Shown: piece after piece, positions 17,495 to 26,685 of the stretch | Position numbering within the stretch: position 1 is the stretch's first letter | How the letters are laid out: the number at the start of each line of letters is the position of its first letter | From: Haloferax volcanii DS2 | GTDB lineage: Archaea > Halobacteriota > Halobacteria > Halobacteriales > Haloferacaceae | Direction of reading: 5' to 3' | NCBI RefSeq assembly: GCF_000025685.1 | Contig: NC_013967.1 | Span: forward strand, 570,001-602,000 | DNA: 32,000 nucleotides | Position numbers and translations under genes: made by a program | The notes under the pieces: model-generated | What the model was told of the DNA's origin: nothing | What the model saw: the letters and a program-made list of their open reading frames with translations, nothing else | The model's database searches: none

Positions 17495-18886
17495 TCAGAG
17501 GTCCAGCGGGCCGGCCTTCAGATACTCGCGCATCACGGCCGTCGCGTACGAGCCGTGGGGAAGCGCGAAGTCGAAGACGAGGTCGTCAGCGCCGCCAGCG
17601 GCGTCGGTGTCGGCGTCGTCGTCGCCGCTCTCGCGCTCTACGTCGAGGTCGGTGCGGACGAGAATCGCCCGGCGCGTCCCGGTCGACCGGAAGTTGCCGG
17701 GGAGGTCGAAGTCGCCCGGTTCGAGGTCGAGGTCGTCGAGGACGGCCCGCTCGATGTCGCCCTGTTCGCCCTCCGCGAGTTCGGTGTCGGTGCCGACGAG
17801 CGGGGCCGTGACGAACGCGCGACCGCGCTCGATGTGGCGGCTCATGACATCGACGCGGCGGCCCGTCGCGGTCTGGAGGCGGCTCACGTCGGGGAGTTCC
17901 AGCCCCCCGGGCGCGTCGCGGTCGGCGAAGCAGACCACGTCGCCCTCGACGGGTTCGTCGAACGGGAGGCCGCGGTCTCGGCGCTCCGAGAGCATCCGGT
18001 TGAACGCGTAGGACTGCGCGGCGTTGACGAACAGTCGCTGGAGGTTCGACGGGACCGATTCGAGCGCGTTGCGCCAGTCCTCGTCGGTCTCCGCGCCGTC
18101 CTCCGCGAGGCGGTGGAGCATGCCGCGCTCGTAGCCGAGGTAGCCCGGAATCCGGTCGAGCGCGCGGTGCCAGTCGGGGTCGGCCGACGCGGCTTCCTCG
18201 TCGACGACGGCGCGACCCGCCTGTGTCTCCTCGGGTTCGTCCTCGGTCGGTCCGCCGCAGTACGCCAACACGGCCTCGCGCCACTCGCCGCGGACGACGT
18301 GGAGACCGACTGTGTGGGTGATGGGGCGGATGCTGCCGAACCGCTGGTGGCCGAAGAAGTTCGGAACGCCCACGCGACCCTCGCGGCCGCCGAACTCGGT
18401 GAGCGCGTCGGTGACGGCCGCGGCGTTGTCGGGGGTCTCGGGGTCGCGGACGCGGATGCGGAAGCCGTTGCCCGCGAGGTCACCGAAGTCAAGCGTGCGG
18501 CCGAGGCGACCGACGACCTCGATGTCGGCGTTCGGAACCTCCGGCACGTCGGCGGCGTCGCCGCCGTTGACGGTGAACAGTTGGGTCGTCACGGCGTGTT
18601 TGTCCTTCGTGCCGGCCCACGAGACGCGCTCTCTGCTCGCGCCGAGTTCGTCAGAGAGCCGGCCGGCGAAGTCGTTGGTGTCCCAGCCGCGGAGCGTGAC
18701 GCGGAGGACGAGGTTCGGGAAGTCGCCGGTCGGCGCGTCCGGCGGGCGGACGTTCAGCGAGTCGAGTTCGAGTTCGCGCACGCGGAAGTCCTCGGGGGCG
18801 ACGCGGAGGCGGCCGCCGACGCCGTCGGCGTCGCTCACGTAGCTGTCGATGCCGACCGCGCGCTCGAGCGGGTGTGCCTCGCGCAT
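17495..18886 (-). CDS. truD: tRNA pseudouridine synthase TruD/Pus7 family
   Basis: Track ORF 17495-19525 trimmed to ATG 18886 ([16 protein letters not shown]...). Contains [13 protein letters not shown] (catalytic Asp motif), NFFGHQRFG and [16 protein letters not shown]. Confidence 0.92.
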   Translation of the reverse strand: MREAHPLERAVGIDSYVSDADGVGGRLRVAPEDFRVRELELDSLNVRPPDAPTGDFPNLVLRVTLRGWDTNDFAGRLSDELGASRERVSWAGTKDKHAVTTQLFTVNGGDAADVPEVPNADIEVVGRLGRTLDFGDLAGNGFRIRVRDPETPDNAAAVTDALTEFGGREGRVGVPNFFGHQRFGSIRPITHTVGLHVVRGEWREAVLAYCGGPTEDEPEETQAGRAVVDEEAASADPDWHRALDRIPGYLGYERGMLHRLAEDGAETDEDWRNALESVPSNLQRLFVNAAQSYAFNRMLSERRDRGLPFDEPVEGDVVCFADRDAPGGLELPDVSRLQTATGRRVDVMSRHIERGRAFVTAPLVGTDTELAEGEQGDIERAVLDDLDLEPGDFDLPGNFRSTGTRRAILVRTDLDVERESGDDDADTDAAGGADDLVFDFALPHGSYATAVMREYLKAGPLDL

Positions 18887-19224
18887 CAGTACAGCGAGAG
18901 GTCGCCGGTCACGCGGTCGATTTCGTCGTCCTCGGCGGGGCCGACGGCGAGCGCCGTCACCGTGCCGGGGTCGAGTTGCGTGTGTCCCGCGTCGCGGATG
19001 ATAGCGTGGGGGATGCCCGCCCGCTCGGCCTCGTCCGCGAGTTTGAACAGTTCCGACTCGCCGTTGGCCTTGAGGACGACCTTCTTCTGTCCGCCGCCCT
19101 TCCAGCGCTTCCGGGTCTGCGAGTCGGTGTCCTCGTAGGCGGACAGCGAGGCGTGGGCGACCTGCGCGGCGAGCTTTCCCCGGCCCATACCGAGGTCGGC
19201 GCGTGCGACGATGGCCTGTTTCAT
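18886..19224 (-). CDS. pth2: Peptidyl-tRNA hydrolase, archaeal type (Pth2)
   Basis: [27 protein letters not shown]...KKVVLKA...[21 protein letters not shown]. The stop overlaps the truD start by 1 nt. Confidence 0.92.
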   Translation of the reverse strand: MKQAIVARADLGMGRGKLAAQVAHASLSAYEDTDSQTRKRWKGGGQKKVVLKANGESELFKLADEAERAGIPHAIIRDAGHTQLDPGTVTALAVGPAEDDEIDRVTGDLSLY

Positions 19225-19319
19225 GCCCGCTACTCCCCGCCGACGCGGTAAATGTCCTCCCATCGCGGGCGTCGCGCACGAGCAAAAGACATTTCACCGA
19301 CATCTCCGTGGTGCGACCG

Positions 19320-20060
19320 ATGGCAGGTCCCCGAACCCCCCTCCGCAAGCCGCGCGAGTACTTCGCGTCGCGGCCGCGACCGCTCGGCACCAAGCGGGCG
19401 CTCGCCGTCGTCGCGCTCGTGACGCTCGTCGTCGCGGCCGCCACCGGCGGTATCCTCGTCACGTTCACCCAACAGCTCGACCAGCGTGTCAGCGTCGACA
19501 ACCCCGAACACGCCCCCGAGTTCATGTGCGAGAACTACGTGGAAGGCGGCCCGTTCGACGACATGGACGCGCCGGCAGGCTGTGACCCGTCGGTGCCCGA
19601 ACAGCTCGACGAGCGCCTCGGCGACCTCGTCTGGGACGAAATCTCGTGGGTCCCGTGGGCGATGCTCCTCGGCGTGCCGCTGTTCTGGCTGTTCGAGGGG
19701 GCGATGCTCCATCTCGGCACGTCGCTCGTCGGCGGCGAGGGCGGCTTCGCGGAGTCGCTGACGGTCGCCGCGTGGGGGATGGTTCCGAGCGCGGCCCGCG
19801 CCCTCGCGCTCGCCGGCTACCTCGCCTACGTCCTCCCGCGAATCGACCTCCCGTCGACCCCGGACGCCGCGGTCGCCGCGATGCAGTCCGCGCTGTCCGG
19901 CTTCGGCCTCGTCAGCGGTGCCGTCGTGGTCGTCACGGTCGCGTGGGCGACGTACGTCCGCACCTACGGGATGGCTCGCGCCCGCGACCTCGACGTGGAG
20001 TCGGCCGCGGTCGTCACCGTCGGCCTGAGCCTCGTCGGTCTCCTGTTCGAACTCCTCTGA
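19320..20060 (+). CDS. Yip1-like integral membrane protein
   Basis: Track ORF 19203-20060 trimmed to ATG 19320. One N-terminal TM helix, an extracytoplasmic loop, then four hydrophobic helices. The Yip1 assignment is tentative. Confidence 0.6.
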   Translation: MAGPRTPLRKPREYFASRPRPLGTKRALAVVALVTLVVAAATGGILVTFTQQLDQRVSVDNPEHAPEFMCENYVEGGPFDDMDAPAGCDPSVPEQLDERLGDLVWDEISWVPWAMLLGVPLFWLFEGAMLHLGTSLVGGEGGFAESLTVAAWGMVPSAARALALAGYLAYVLPRIDLPSTPDAAVAAMQSALSGFGLVSGAVVVVTVAWATYVRTYGMARARDLDVESAAVVTVGLSLVGLLFELL

Positions 20061-20189
20061 GTCGCGTCGGGTGGATGCGTCGCTCCGGCGTCGCTCCGTT
20101 GCGTCGGGGGCGCTGCCGGCCCGCCGAGACGGGGTGTCGTCTCCGGTCGAAAGGTGGATTTACTTGTCCGCGTCGCGCTCCCTTCGAGT

Positions 20190-20777
20190 ATGATACTCTC
20201 CGACTCGGACATCCTCTCCCGCCTCGCCGAGGGTGACCTCGTGGTCGACCCGATAGACGACGTGGACATGCAGGTCCAGCCCGCGAGCGTCGACCTCCGT
20301 CTCGGCACCGAATTCCTGGAGTTCCAGCGCACGAACATCTCCTGTATCCACCCGAACCGCGAAAGCGAGGTGTCGGAGTACGTCCGCGAGACGCACGTCC
20401 CGGAGGGCGACGACTTCATCCTCCACCCCGGCGATTTCGTCCTCGGAACGACCAAAGAACGCGTGGAGATTCCCACCGACCTGCTGGCGACCGTTGAGGG
20501 TCGCTCCTCCCTCGGTCGTCTCGCGGTCGTCATCCACGCCACCGCGGGCATCGTCGACCCCGGCTACGAGGGCCAAATCACGCTCGAACTGTCGAACCTC
20601 GGCACCGCCCCGGTCGCGCTCACCCCCGGCATGCGCATCTCGCAGCTCGTGTTCACGGAGATGAAGTCGCCCGCGGACCGCCCCTACGGGGTCGAACGCG
20701 GCTCGAAGTATCAGGGCCAGCGCGGGCCGCAGGCGTCGCGGCTCAGTTCCGACCCCGAGTTCGGTGGTGACGAATGA
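20190..20777 (+). CDS. dcd: dCTP deaminase
   Basis: [12 protein letters not shown]..., [45 protein letters not shown]. The TATA-like GGATTTACTT lies about 30 nt upstream. Confidence 0.93.
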   Translation: MILSDSDILSRLAEGDLVVDPIDDVDMQVQPASVDLRLGTEFLEFQRTNISCIHPNRESEVSEYVRETHVPEGDDFILHPGDFVLGTTKERVEIPTDLLATVEGRSSLGRLAVVIHATAGIVDPGYEGQITLELSNLGTAPVALTPGMRISQLVFTEMKSPADRPYGVERGSKYQGQRGPQASRLSSDPEFGGDE

Positions 20778-21673
20778 AGTTCATCGAAGAAATCGTCGTC
20801 GACGCGTTCCTGCCGACGTTCCGCGCGCTCCTCGCGGAGGACCTCCGCGACCGCGGGTTCACCCAGTCGGAGGTCGCCGAGGCGCTCGGCATCAGCCAGA
20901 GCGCCGTCTCGAAGTACGCCCACGGCGAGGTCGCCACGAACGAGCGGGTCGCCACCGACCCCCGCGTGGTCGACCTCGTCTCCCGCGTCGGCGACGGCCT
21001 CGCCACCGGCGACATGACGCCCGTGCAGGCGCTCGTCGAGGCCGAGGTCCTCATCCGCCAACTGGAGGAAGGCGACCTGCTTTCGGACCTCCACGAGGAT
21101 GAGATGCCCGAACTCGCCTCCCACGACGGCTTCCGGAGCATCCACGACCCCGAGGGACGGCTCCGAACCGTCGAGCAGGTCCGCTCGTCGGTCCGCCGCG
21201 GCCTCCGCATGCTCACGAACACCTCCGGCTTCGCGGGGCTCATCCCGAACGTCGGCTCCAACCTCGTGGAGTCGCTCCCGGACGCCGACAGCGTCGACGA
21301 CGTGGCCGCCATCCCCGGCCGTATCTTCGACGTGAAGGGGCAGGCGACCGTCCCCGGCGAACCCGAGTTCGGCGTCAGCGGCCACGTCGCGGGCGTCCTG
21401 CTTTCGGCCCGCGCCGCCGGTGCCGACGTGAACGCCGCGCTCAACATCGTCTACGACGCGGGCGTCATCGAGGACCTCGAAGCTGCGGGCTACGAGTGCA
21501 TCGAGTTCGACCCGGACGCGCCGACCGACCCGGTCCGCGAACTCCTCACCGCCCGCGACCTGCCGGAGACGTTCGTCGTCTACCAGAGCGGCGGCTACGG
21601 CATCGAACCCATCACGTACATCCTCGGCCCCGACGCGCCCGCCGTCGCCGACGTGGTCCGCGTCCTGCTCTGA
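20774..21673 (+). CDS. thiR: HTH + ThiN-domain protein (ThiR-like thiamine regulator)
   Basis: N-terminal [27 protein letters not shown]. The C-terminal ThiN-like domain contains [11 protein letters not shown] and AIPGRIFDV. The start overlaps the dcd stop (ATGA). Confidence 0.75.
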   Translation: MKFIEEIVVDAFLPTFRALLAEDLRDRGFTQSEVAEALGISQSAVSKYAHGEVATNERVATDPRVVDLVSRVGDGLATGDMTPVQALVEAEVLIRQLEEGDLLSDLHEDEMPELASHDGFRSIHDPEGRLRTVEQVRSSVRRGLRMLTNTSGFAGLIPNVGSNLVESLPDADSVDDVAAIPGRIFDVKGQATVPGEPEFGVSGHVAGVLLSARAAGADVNAALNIVYDAGVIEDLEAAGYECIEFDPDAPTDPVRELLTARDLPETFVVYQSGGYGIEPITYILGPDAPAVADVVRVLL

Positions 21674-21685
21674 GGCTCCCGTCCC

Positions 21686-22441
21686 ATGACAGCCGAACAG
21701 TCCAACTCTCGCTCTCGTTCTCGTTCCGGCTCTCGCTCTCGCGGTCGCTCTCGCTCCCGTTCCCGCTCACCCTCCGCTGTCGCCCAGTCGTTCTACACTC
21801 GGTGGGCGACGCTCTACGACGCGCTCGCCCGTCGCGCGCCCGGCGTCGGGAGCGTCCGAACCGAAGCCGCCGACGCGCTCGCGCTCGACCCGGGCGAGAC
21901 GGTCGTCGAGATGGGCTGTGGTACGGGCGCGAACCTCCCGTATCTCGCGGAGCGCGTCGGCCCCGAGGGGAGCGTCGTCGTCGTCGATTTCTCCCCCGGC
22001 GTCCTCGACGTGGCCCGCGAGCGAACCCGCGAGTTCCCGCAGGTCCATCTCGTCCGCGGCGACGCAACCCGGCCGCCGGTCGCGCGCGACCTCGATGCAT
22101 CGCCGGCCGCCGTCCTCGCCACCTTCGTCTCGGGGATGTTCGACGACCCCGCGGCCGTGATTTCGTCGTGGGCCGACCTCGTCGGCCCCGACGGGCGACT
22201 CTGTCTCGTCGACCTCGCGGAGACGACCGACTCGCGCTGGCGGCCGCTCAATCCGGCGTTTCGGGTGCTCGTTCGCGTCACCGCGCCACCGGAGCCGCGC
22301 ACGATGCGCGCGTCGCCGACGAAGCTGCTGAACCGGCGGCTCGTCGCGGCCCATCGAGCGCTCGAATCGCGGTGTCGGGTGACCCACGAGACGACCCACG
22401 CGCTCGGCTTCGCGCGGGTTCGTGCGGGCGTCGTGGAGTAA
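21686..22441 (+). CDS. Class I SAM-dependent methyltransferase with N-terminal Ser-Arg repeat tail
   Basis: SAM motif VVEMGCGTGAN and VVVVDFSPGVLDVA. This is the only start codon upstream of the conserved FYTRWATLYD segment, so the SRSRSRSGSRSRGRSRSRSRS tail falls inside the ORF. Confidence 0.8.
   Translation: MTAEQSNSRSRSRSGSRSRGRSRSRSRSPSAVAQSFYTRWATLYDALARRAPGVGSVRTEAADALALDPGETVVEMGCGTGANLPYLAERVGPEGSVVVVDFSPGVLDVARERTREFPQVHLVRGDATRPPVARDLDASPAAVLATFVSGMFDDPAAVISSWADLVGPDGRLCLVDLAETTDSRWRPLNPAFRVLVRVTAPPEPRTMRASPTKLLNRRLVAAHRALESRCRVTHETTHALGFARVRAGVVE
21707..21769 (+). repeat. Imperfect hexanucleotide (TCNCGN) microsatellite encoding (Ser-Arg)n
   Basis: TCTCGCTCTCGTTCTCGTTCCGGCTCTCGCTCTCGCGGTCGCTCTCGCTCCCGTTCCCGCTCA. 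Confidence 0.9.
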
Positions 22442-22507
22442 CGGCCGTCGCCGCGTGACTCGATTAGCCGACAGAAACGATATGTCGGCCCCGTGTCAAC
22501 CGACGGT

Positions 22508-22975
22508 ATGGCCTCGTTCCTCGCGGCGCTTCTCGGCGCGCCCTTCAACGCGTTTCACCTCTTGTTCTTGGGGCTCGTCGGCTACTGGGTGTCTCTCGAC
22601 GCCGCAGAGCGGGGGAGTAACGCGAGTCTCCTGTGGGCGCTCGGCTGTGTCGTCTTCCAGCCGCTCGTGGCCGGGTATCTGCTCTACCGGAGTCGAATCG
22701 GCGGGCGGCCCGACCCGGCGGGCGTTCAGGAGCGACTCGTCGGCACCTTCGTCATCGGTCACTTCGTCGCGGCACAGCTCTGGTTCGCGGTGCGACTCAC
22801 CGACGTAATCGCGTCGGTGACGTACCCGCCGGTCGTCGAGTTGCAGTACTATCTCGCGTTGCTTGCCGTCGGTGTCCTTCCCGGCACCCTGCTCGTGTGG
22901 AATCGCGGGTGGGCGCGAATCCGGCGAACGCTCGGCTGGGTTCACGAGCAGGAACGCGAGGCGGTCCAGCGGTAA
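22508..22975 (+). CDS. Hypothetical membrane protein
   Basis: Track ORF 22493-22975 trimmed to ATG 22508 (MASFLAALLGAPFNAFHLLFLGLVGYWV...). About four hydrophobic helices. Confidence 0.55.
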   Translation: MASFLAALLGAPFNAFHLLFLGLVGYWVSLDAAERGSNASLLWALGCVVFQPLVAGYLLYRSRIGGRPDPAGVQERLVGTFVIGHFVAAQLWFAVRLTDVIASVTYPPVVELQYYLALLAVGVLPGTLLVWNRGWARIRRTLGWVHEQEREAVQR

Positions 22976-22988
22976 TGGAAGTCGAACC

Positions 22989-23024
22989 GGGTCGGATTGG
23001 GTCGGACTGGGTCGGGAGCGACCC
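22989..23024. repeat. Three tandem 10-bp units ending in a short hairpin, in a convergent intergenic region
   Basis: GGGTCGGATT GGGTCGGACT GGGTCGGGAG CGACCC. The last unit forms a GGGTCG-ggag-CGACCC hairpin. Confidence 0.8.
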
Positions 23025-23078
23025 AGAACAAGTGTCAGAGGCGTCGGGGGAACCGACGGTCGGACCGCCGGGAGGCGG

Positions 23079-24002
23079 TCAGTCGTCGGCCGGCGCGGGA
23101 CCGGAGATGCTCACGTCGGGCGCGTCGCGGCCGAGTTCGTCGAGACAGGACTGCGCCGCCTGACGCCCGGAGAGCAGCATGGCACCGAACGTCGGCCCCA
23201 TGCGCGGCAGGTGGTGGGCCGTGGCGACGGCCATGCCGGAGGCGACGACGCCGGGGTGGACGACGCCCGTCGCGTCCACGATGCTGTCTTCGCTCTCCGA
23301 GACCCACATCGAGTCGTGGCCGGGCGAGTCGTGGCCGGGCGCGCCGTACTCGCCGTCGGCGGTCTTGTCCATGCCCGTGTTGTGTTCCTTGGCGTGTTCG
23401 ATGCCGTTCACGTCGAGGACGCCGCGCTCGGAGAGCTTCGAGAGGACCACCGCGTCGTGGCCGGTCGCGTCGAGGACGAGGTCGGACTCGACCGCGATGG
23501 GGTCGACGCAGGTGAGTTCGCGCGGGAGCGCGTGGACCGGCGTCCAGTTCATGACGATGCCGCCGACGCGGTCGTCCTCGCGGAGGACGACGTCGGTGAA
23601 CTCCGTCATGTTCTGTATCTTCGCGCCGGCGTCGCAGGCGGCCTTGATGAGCGCGGAACAGGCGTGCGGGCCGTCGGCGACGTACAGCCCCTCGGCCTCG
23701 TCGCTCTCCTCGTAGGGGACGCCGAGTTCGTCGAGGACGCGCTGGGCCGGGTCGCGGACGGTCACCTTGTTCATGAGGAAGCCGCCCAGCCAGAAGCCGC
23801 CGCCGAGGTAGTTGTTCTTCTCGACGATTGTCACGTCGACGCCGCGCTCGGCGAGTTCCTTGGCCGCGACGAGCCCGGAGGGGCCGCCGCCGACGACGAT
23901 GACCTCCGTGTCGGTGCGCTCGCGGAACTCCTCCATCCACGAGTCCGAAATCGCGCGCGTGACCTGTGCTTCCGTCGCGTCGGTGAAGCCGTCGAACGAC
24001 AT
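23079..24002 (-). CDS. thi4: Thiazole synthase Thi4 (ADP-thiazole synthase)
   Basis: [23 protein letters not shown], and LDATGHDA. Cys165 in ELTCVDP sits at the position of the sulfur-donor Cys of yeast THI4 and of Haloferax Thi4 (from memory). Confidence 0.93.
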   Translation of the reverse strand: MSFDGFTDATEAQVTRAISDSWMEEFRERTDTEVIVVGGGPSGLVAAKELAERGVDVTIVEKNNYLGGGFWLGGFLMNKVTVRDPAQRVLDELGVPYEESDEAEGLYVADGPHACSALIKAACDAGAKIQNMTEFTDVVLREDDRVGGIVMNWTPVHALPRELTCVDPIAVESDLVLDATGHDAVVLSKLSERGVLDVNGIEHAKEHNTGMDKTADGEYGAPGHDSPGHDSMWVSESEDSIVDATGVVHPGVVASGMAVATAHHLPRMGPTFGAMLLSGRQAAQSCLDELGRDAPDVSISGPAPADD

Positions 24003-24014
24003 ACTACTTAGTGA

Positions 24015-24029
24015 TACTACCTAGTAGTA
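24015..24029. promoter_or_regulatory. Perfect dyad TACTAC-N3-GTAGTA between the TATA box and the thi4 start (candidate operator)
   Basis: TACTACCTAGTAGTA at 24015-24029. A degenerate second copy TACTACTTAGTGATA at 24002-24016 overlaps the start codon. TTTTTA (minus strand, 24029-24034) lies about 30 nt upstream of the ATG. Confidence 0.4.
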
Positions 24030-24058
24030 AAAATCTGGTGGTCGCGCGCGCGGCGACC

Positions 24059-24068
24059 TAGATATATC
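24059..24068 (+). promoter_or_regulatory. TATA box for the E2 acyltransferase gene
   Basis: TAGATATATC is centred about 30 nt upstream of ATG 24094. Confidence 0.4.
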
Positions 24069-24093
24069 ATGGACTATTGTGTATATCACTGGC

Positions 24094-25581
24094 ATGGCGT
24101 ACGTAGTCAAGATGCCCAAACTGGGGTTAGAGATGAAGTCCGGCGAGCTCTCGGCGTGGCTCGTCTCGGAGGGCGACGAGGTCACCGAGGGCGATCCAAT
24201 CGCCGAAATCGAGTCGGAGAAGACGACCGCGGAGATAGACGCCAAGGAAGACGGCGTTCTGCGGCGCGTCGTTCTCGCGGAAGGCGAGTCGACAGCGCCC
24301 GGCGGCGCGCTGGCAATCGTCGCCGGCGCGGACGAGGACATCTCCGGTTTGGAAGCTGACGCGGGCGTCGGTGAGGGCGGGAGCGAACCCGTCGCGACAG
24401 ACGACTCCGCGGGCGACTCGTCCCCGACCGAGGTGACCGAGACGACGGAGACGGCGGCGACCGGCGGCGGGGACGCTTCGTCGGTCGCGCAGTCGCGCTC
24501 GCGCGGGTCGGACGGGGCGTCGGAGAACGGCGAGGTGCGCGCGTCGCCGCGAGCGAAGCGACTCGCGGACGACCTCGGGGTCGACCTCACGACCGTCGAA
24601 GGCACCGGGCCGCAGGGCGCAATCACCGAGAGCGACGTGGAAACCGCGGCCGAATCCGCGACCGCGACCGCGGCCGAAAAACGCGTGTTCGCCCCGCCGA
24701 GCGCCCGCCGCCTCGCCCGCGAACTCGGCGTCGACATCGAGGCCGTCGAGGGGACGGGACAGAACGGCCGCATCACCGAGTCCGACGTGCGGGCGGCGGG
24801 CGGCGCGACCGCGGCGGCGACCGACTCGTCGGCCGCCGGAGCCGCCACGACCGCTGCGACTGACGCGACTGCCGCGAGCGAACCGGCCGAAACGGAGCGG
24901 CCGCTATCCGGGATGCGCCGCACCATCGCCGACCGCCTCGGCGAGAGCTACCGCGAGGCGGTCCACGTCACGGTCGACCGCCGCGCCGACGCGGAGGAAC
25001 TGTTGGCCGCGGCGAACGCCGCCGCCGACGCTCTCGGCGTGGACGTGTCGATAACGGACGTCCTGCTCCTCGCGCTCTCGGCGTCGCTCGACGAGCACCC
25101 CGAGTTCAACGCGACCTTCGAGGACGGCGTCCACAGGCTCCACGGGGAACACAACGTCTGCATCGCGGTCGACGTCGACGAGGGGCTCATCGCACCGGTC
25201 GTCCGCGACGTGGCCTCGCTGTCGCTTTCCGAACTCGCCGAGACTCGCGCCGAGACCACTCAGCGGGCGCTGTCGGGCGACTTCACGATGGACGACCTCT
25301 CGGGGGGGACGTTCACCGTCTCGAACCTCGGCGTCCTCGGCGTCGAGTCGTTCGACCCGATAATCAACCCGCCGCAGGTCGCCATCCTCGGCGTCAACAC
25401 GATTCGCCGGGAGGCCGTGCCGACCGACGACGGCGACGTGGCCGTCCGGCGGGTCATCTCGTTTTCGCTGTCGTTCGACCACCGCATCGTCGACGGGGCG
25501 GACGCCGCCCGCATGCTCGGCACGCTCGTCGAACACGTCGAGAACCCGTGGCCGCTCGTCATCGCCGCCGGCGGACGGTGA
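24094..25581 (+). CDS. Dihydrolipoamide acyltransferase (E2) of a 2-oxoacid/acetoin dehydrogenase complex
   Basis: Track ORF 24079-25581 trimmed to ATG 24094. Contains a lipoyl domain (IESEKTTAEI), two peripheral subunit-binding domains, and a catalytic domain with SLSFDHRIVDGA. Confidence 0.9.
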   Translation: MAYVVKMPKLGLEMKSGELSAWLVSEGDEVTEGDPIAEIESEKTTAEIDAKEDGVLRRVVLAEGESTAPGGALAIVAGADEDISGLEADAGVGEGGSEPVATDDSAGDSSPTEVTETTETAATGGGDASSVAQSRSRGSDGASENGEVRASPRAKRLADDLGVDLTTVEGTGPQGAITESDVETAAESATATAAEKRVFAPPSARRLARELGVDIEAVEGTGQNGRITESDVRAAGGATAAATDSSAAGAATTAATDATAASEPAETERPLSGMRRTIADRLGESYREAVHVTVDRRADAEELLAAANAAADALGVDVSITDVLLLALSASLDEHPEFNATFEDGVHRLHGEHNVCIAVDVDEGLIAPVVRDVASLSLSELAETRAETTQRALSGDFTMDDLSGGTFTVSNLGVLGVESFDPIINPPQVAILGVNTIRREAVPTDDGDVAVRRVISFSLSFDHRIVDGADAARMLGTLVEHVENPWPLVIAAGGR

Positions 25582-25586
25582 AAAAA
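25581..25586 (-). terminator. T6 run downstream of the E1alpha-E1beta-AcoX-like operon
   Basis: The minus strand reads GGCCCCCGGTTTTTTCACC about 50 nt after the stop at 25636. Confidence 0.35.
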
Positions 25587-25635
25587 CCGGGGGCCGAACT
25601 GGTCGGTCAGGCCGGTTCGAGTCGGGGCCGCCGGC

Positions 25636-26685
25636 TCACCCGAGTCTGAAGCGCCCGTCGTCGGCCGCCCGTTCGAGGACCGCCTCGACGTCGACCAGTC
25701 GCGGGCCATCGCTTACCGGGCGGAGGCGGACGGTCCCGTTTCGCACCTCGCGTTCGCGCTCGCCGTCGACGCTTATCACCCCGCGGTCCACCTCGAACGC
25801 GTAGCCCTCGCCGTCGTCGAGGACGCGGTGTTCGGCTACGTCGACCGTCGAGAGGCGTCCGGGGACGGTAATCGCTCTGACCGTCGTTGCCGGGTTGGTC
25901 GTCGCGTCCGCCGCACCCGCCGCGTCTGTCCCGTCACCTCCGTCATCCCCGCCACGGGCCAGTCGGAAGCCGACGCCGCCGGGTTCGTCCGGTCGGTGCG
26001 TGACGAGACCGCCGGCGATACCCGACAGGCCGATTTCCGCGGGCGACGAGCGCGAGACGACGCCGCCGACGATGTCGCTCGGGTCGAGAATCGCCCGCGT
26101 GCCCACGAAGGGGCGGTCGAGGACGCCGACGGTGGCGAGGCCGCGGATGACCGTCGTCTCCTCGGACCGGACGACATCGACCTCGATGGTTCCGTGGCGC
26201 GTGGTCGCCTCCGCGGCGGGGATTGCTCCGCTCCCGACGAGCGCGGCGGCTGCACCCGCGACGGTGCCGTCGACGGGCGTCGGGACGACGTTGTTCGTCC
26301 CCGTCGAGATGCTCACGACCGGCACGTCGTCGATGGTCTGGGCCACGTCCCGCGTCGTGCCGTCGCCGCCGAGGACGACGACGGCGTCGGCGTGCTCCGC
26401 GAAGTGGGCCGCGGCCGTTCGGCTGTCTTGACCCGACGCGGTGACCGTCATGTCCACGAACTCGACGCCGAGGTCGTCGGGCGCGTCGTCGACGATGCGG
26501 TCGGCGAGCCCCGTGCTGTCGGGCATGACGAGCACCTCCACGTCGTCGACGAGCGTCAGTCCCGCGAGGACGCAGCCCGCGGTGCGGCGTTTCGCGTAGT
26601 TGTTACTGACGCTCGCGCCGCCGGTGAGTCTGCGGATGTCGCGGCCCGCGGCGGGGTTGACGACGAGCCCGATAGTGGTCGTCAC
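25636..26685 (-). CDS. ATP-NAD kinase fold protein, AcoX-like (acetoin dehydrogenase cluster protein of unknown role)
   Basis: IGLVVNPAAG..., VVVLGGDGTTRDV (GGDGT motif), ISTGTNNV. The GTG start directly abuts the E1beta stop. Confidence 0.8.
   Translation of the reverse strand: MTTTIGLVVNPAAGRDIRRLTGGASVSNNYAKRRTAGCVLAGLTLVDDVEVLVMPDSTGLADRIVDDAPDDLGVEFVDMTVTASGQDSRTAAAHFAEHADAVVVLGGDGTTRDVAQTIDDVPVVSISTGTNNVVPTPVDGTVAGAAAALVGSGAIPAAEATTRHGTIEVDVVRSEETTVIRGLATVGVLDRPFVGTRAILDPSDIVGGVVSRSSPAEIGLSGIAGGLVTHRPDEPGGVGFRLARGGDDGGDGTDAAGAADATTNPATTVRAITVPGRLSTVDVAEHRVLDDGEGYAFEVDRGVISVDGEREREVRNGTVRLRPVSDGPRLVDVEAVLERAADDGRFRLG

Noticed and set aside
17495-19525. A 676-aa ORF suggesting a much longer TruD fusion protein.
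   Set aside because: TruD homology starts at [11 protein letters not shown] (ATG 18886). The upstream 213 codons are an Arg-rich off-frame read-through of the pth2 gene and the next promoter region.
23311-23340. A perfect 15-bp tandem repeat (GAGTCGTGGCCGGGC x2) in thi4, encoding GHDSP-GHDS, as a strain-specific duplication.
   Set aside because: I have a vague recollection that [12 protein letters not shown] is present in other haloarchaeal Thi4 proteins, so it may be an old family feature kept identical by codon bias. I note it only as part of the window-wide repeat pattern.
24039-24057. A GC-alternating near-palindrome, GGTCGCGCGCGCGGCGACC, between the divergent thi4 and E2 promoters. It could be a Z-DNA-prone element or a regulatory site.
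   Set aside because: It is short and imperfect, and such CG runs are common in this GC-rich DNA. I have no supporting evidence beyond its position.
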